64,000 bases of DNA, taken from contig CALYQW010000008.1 of assembly GCA_945290265.1 (NCBI GenBank), positions 3,494-67,493 of the forward strand, given 5' to 3'. The notes beneath the pieces were generated by a model that made no database searches, had not been told where the DNA came from, and was given only the letters and a program-made list of their open reading frames with translations. Positions 61,957 through 64,000 of the stretch are shown in pieces (position 1 is the first letter of the stretch; the number at the start of each line of letters is the position of its first letter). The DNA comes from an uncultured Erwinia sp. Its GTDB lineage: Bacteria > Pseudomonadota > Gammaproteobacteria > Enterobacterales > Enterobacteriaceae. Made by a program: the position numbers and the translations under genes.

Positions 61957-64000
61957 ATGAAACAAATTCGGTTATTAGCGCAATATTACGTTGATTTAAT
62001 GGTGAAGCTGGGGCTGATCCGCTTTTCACTGTTACTGGCATCGGCACTGGTGGTGCTGGCGATGGTGGTACAAATGGCGGTGACCATGGTGCTGCGTGGT
62101 CATGTGGAAAGCATTGATATCGTGCGATCCGTGTTCTTTGGTTTGTTAATTACGCCCTGGGCGGTGTATTTCCTGTCGGTGGTGGTAGAGCAGCTGGAAG
62201 AGTCACGTCAGCGCTTATCACGGCTGGTGGATAAACTGGAAGTTATGCGGCGCAGCGACGTCGAGCTTAAGCAGCAGATGCAGGGCAATATTACCCGGCT
62301 TAATCAGGAGATTGCTGACCGTATTAAGGCGGAAGAAGCTCGCTTACAGGTGGTGACCCGACTGGAAGAGGAGATGGCACGCCGCGAGCAGGCGCAGACT
62401 GAGCTGGAACAACAGTCGTCGTTCCTGCGTTCATTTCTTGATGCTTCACCGGATCTGGTTTTTTACCGTAACAGCGATCAGCAATTCTCCGGTTGTAACC
62501 GCGCGATGGAGCTGCTGACCGGGAAAAGTGAAAAACAGCTGATTGGCCTGACACCGGCTAAAATTTACGATCGGGATGCGGCAAAAAAAGTCTCAGAAAC
62601 CGATGAGAAGGTGTTTCGCCACAACGTGTCACTGACTTATGAGCAGTGGCTGTGCTACCCGGACGGACGCAAAGTGTGTTTTGAAATCCGTAAAGTGCCC
62701 TACTATGACCGGGTGGGTAAACGTAGCGGATTGATGGGCTTTGGTCGTGATATCACTGAACGTAAGCGTTATCAGGATGCGCTGGAGCAGGCCAGCCGGG
62801 AAAAGACCACCTTTATCTCGACCATCAGTCATGAGCTGCGCACGCCGCTGAATGGTATCGTTGGCCTGAGCAGGATCCTGCTGGATACCCGTCTTACTCC
62901 GGAACAGAACAACTACCTGAAAACGATTTACGTTTCTGCCATTACGCTGGGTAATATCTTTAACGATGTTATTGAGATGGATAAAATCGAGCGGCGTAAG
63001 GTACAGCTTGATAACCAGCCCATTGATTTTACTGGTTTTATAGCCGACCTCGAAAATATCTCAGGGCTACTGACGCAGCCGAAAGGGTTAAAGTTTTCTC
63101 TGGTTCACGAGCAGCCCCTGCCACGTAAAATTATCACTGACGGTACCCGACTGCGTCAGATCCTGTGGAATTTGATCGGCAACGCGGTGAAGTTCACTCA
63201 GCAGGGTGAAGTGGTGGTGCGGGTCAGTTACCTCAGCAACGACCGCCTGTGTTTTGAAGTGGAAGACTCCGGTATGGGGATCCCACAGGATGAGCAGGAG
63301 AAGATCTTTGCCATGTATTATCAGGTTAAAGATCAGCGTGGTGGTAAGCCGGCTACCGGTACTGGCATCGGTCTGGCGGTTTCCCGTCGTCTGGCGCAGA
63401 GCATGGGAGGCGATATCACCGTTAGCAGCCAGCCCGGCGAGGGAACCTGTTTTACGCTGACGATTAACGCACCGCGGATAGCGGAAGAGATGGTAGCAGC
63501 ATTAAACGACGAGCTGCCGCTACCGGCGCTCCATGTACTACTGGTAGAAGATATTGAGTTAAATGTGGTGGTAGCACGTTCAGTGCTGGAGAAATTGGGT
63601 AACAGCGTGGAAGTGGCGATGACCGGTGAAGAAGCACTGGCATTGTTTGATCCGCAGGAATTTGATCTGGTACTGCTGGATATCCAGCTACCGGATATGA
63701 CCGGGCTGGATGTGGCGCGCACTATTCATCAACGCTATGCCGGTCAGCAACTGCCGCCACTGATTGCGCTGACGGCCAACGTACTGAAAGATAAACGTGA
63801 GTACTTTGATGCCGGAATGGATGATGTTCTGAGCAAGCCGCTGTCAGTTCCGGCGTTAACCGCGATGATCAAGCAACACTGGGACTGCCATTCTCGACCG
63901 ATCCCCGCCGTCAGCGTTACCGTCAGCGACAGTCATCATCTGGAACTACTGGATATTGCGATGCTGGAACAGTATCTGGATCTGGTGGGACCGCAGCTGA
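61957..64000 (+). CDS. arcB: Aerobic respiration control sensor kinase ArcB (5' partial in window; continues past 64000)
   Basis: ATG 61957 gives MKQIRLLAQYYVDLMVKLGLIRFSLLLA...LITPWAVYFLSVVVEQLEESRQRLSRLV...FISTISHELRTPLNGIVGLSRILLDT...LLVEDIELNVVVARSVLEKLGNSV, near-identical to E. coli ArcB. It is not in the ORF track because no stop is reached. Confidence 0.97.
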   Translation, partial: MKQIRLLAQYYVDLMVKLGLIRFSLLLASALVVLAMVVQMAVTMVLRGHVESIDIVRSVFFGLLITPWAVYFLSVVVEQLEESRQRLSRLVDKLEVMRRSDVELKQQMQGNITRLNQEIADRIKAEEARLQVVTRLEEEMARREQAQTELEQQSSFLRSFLDASPDLVFYRNSDQQFSGCNRAMELLTGKSEKQLIGLTPAKIYDRDAAKKVSETDEKVFRHNVSLTYEQWLCYPDGRKVCFEIRKVPYYDRVGKRSGLMGFGRDITERKRYQDALEQASREKTTFISTISHELRTPLNGIVGLSRILLDTRLTPEQNNYLKTIYVSAITLGNIFNDVIEMDKIERRKVQLDNQPIDFTGFIADLENISGLLTQPKGLKFSLVHEQPLPRKIITDGTRLRQILWNLIGNAVKFTQQGEVVVRVSYLSNDRLCFEVEDSGMGIPQDEQEKIFAMYYQVKDQRGGKPATGTGIGLAVSRRLAQSMGGDITVSSQPGEGTCFTLTINAPRIAEEMVAALNDELPLPALHVLLVEDIELNVVVARSVLEKLGNSVEVAMTGEEALALFDPQEFDLVLLDIQLPDMTGLDVARTIHQRYAGQQLPPLIALTANVLKDKREYFDAGMDDVLSKPLSVPALTAMIKQHWDCHSRPIPAVSVTVSDSHHLELLDIAMLEQYLDLVGPQL

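Overview
This is an Enterobacterales chromosomal segment, with gene content resembling Erwiniaceae or Yersiniaceae. It is collinear, in inverted orientation, with the E. coli region fis-dusB-prmA-panF-yhdT-accCB ... acuI-csrD-mreBCD-yhdE-rng-yhdP-tldD-aaeRXAB-yhcO-yhcN-argR-mdh-degSQ-zapG-zapE-rplM-rpsI-sspAB ... gltB-arcB. I saw no rRNA, tRNA, CRISPR array, IS element or integrase. The conserved core is interrupted by several accessory or decaying patches:
1. Positions 1-2714 hold three adjacent pseudogenes (APC permease, LysE-type exporter, VOC protein) around an intact lpxL/lpxP-family gene.
2. The complete ygbI-ltnD-otnK-otnC-otnI-ygbN acid-sugar (L-threonate/D-erythronate) cluster is present.
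3. A PIN/HTH type II toxin-antitoxin pair follows it.
4. An AT-rich, integrase-less islet of about 2.5 kb is bracketed by a ~105-bp duplication of the fis 3' end plus terminator. It carries three uncharacterised ORFs.
5. A dinQ/agrB-like type I toxin-antisense sRNA locus lies hidden in the tldD-aaeR spacer. It is too small to appear in the ORF track.
6. An AT-rich islet after sspB encodes an XRE/CI-like regulator, an N-terminally extended YhhQ/VUT-type transporter and a translationally coupled QueF.
7. At the position where gltBD is expected next to arcB sits an atypically long (1842 aa) GltB-like protein. It is followed by a CysJ-like FMN/FAD/NADPH diflavin reductase instead of GltD.
I consider item 7 the best candidate for an undescribed system (a diflavin-reductase-coupled glutamate-synthase-like enzyme). 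The fis islet cargo and the type I TA locus rank next. All homology statements come from reading the translations against remembered family sequences. No database search was possible.
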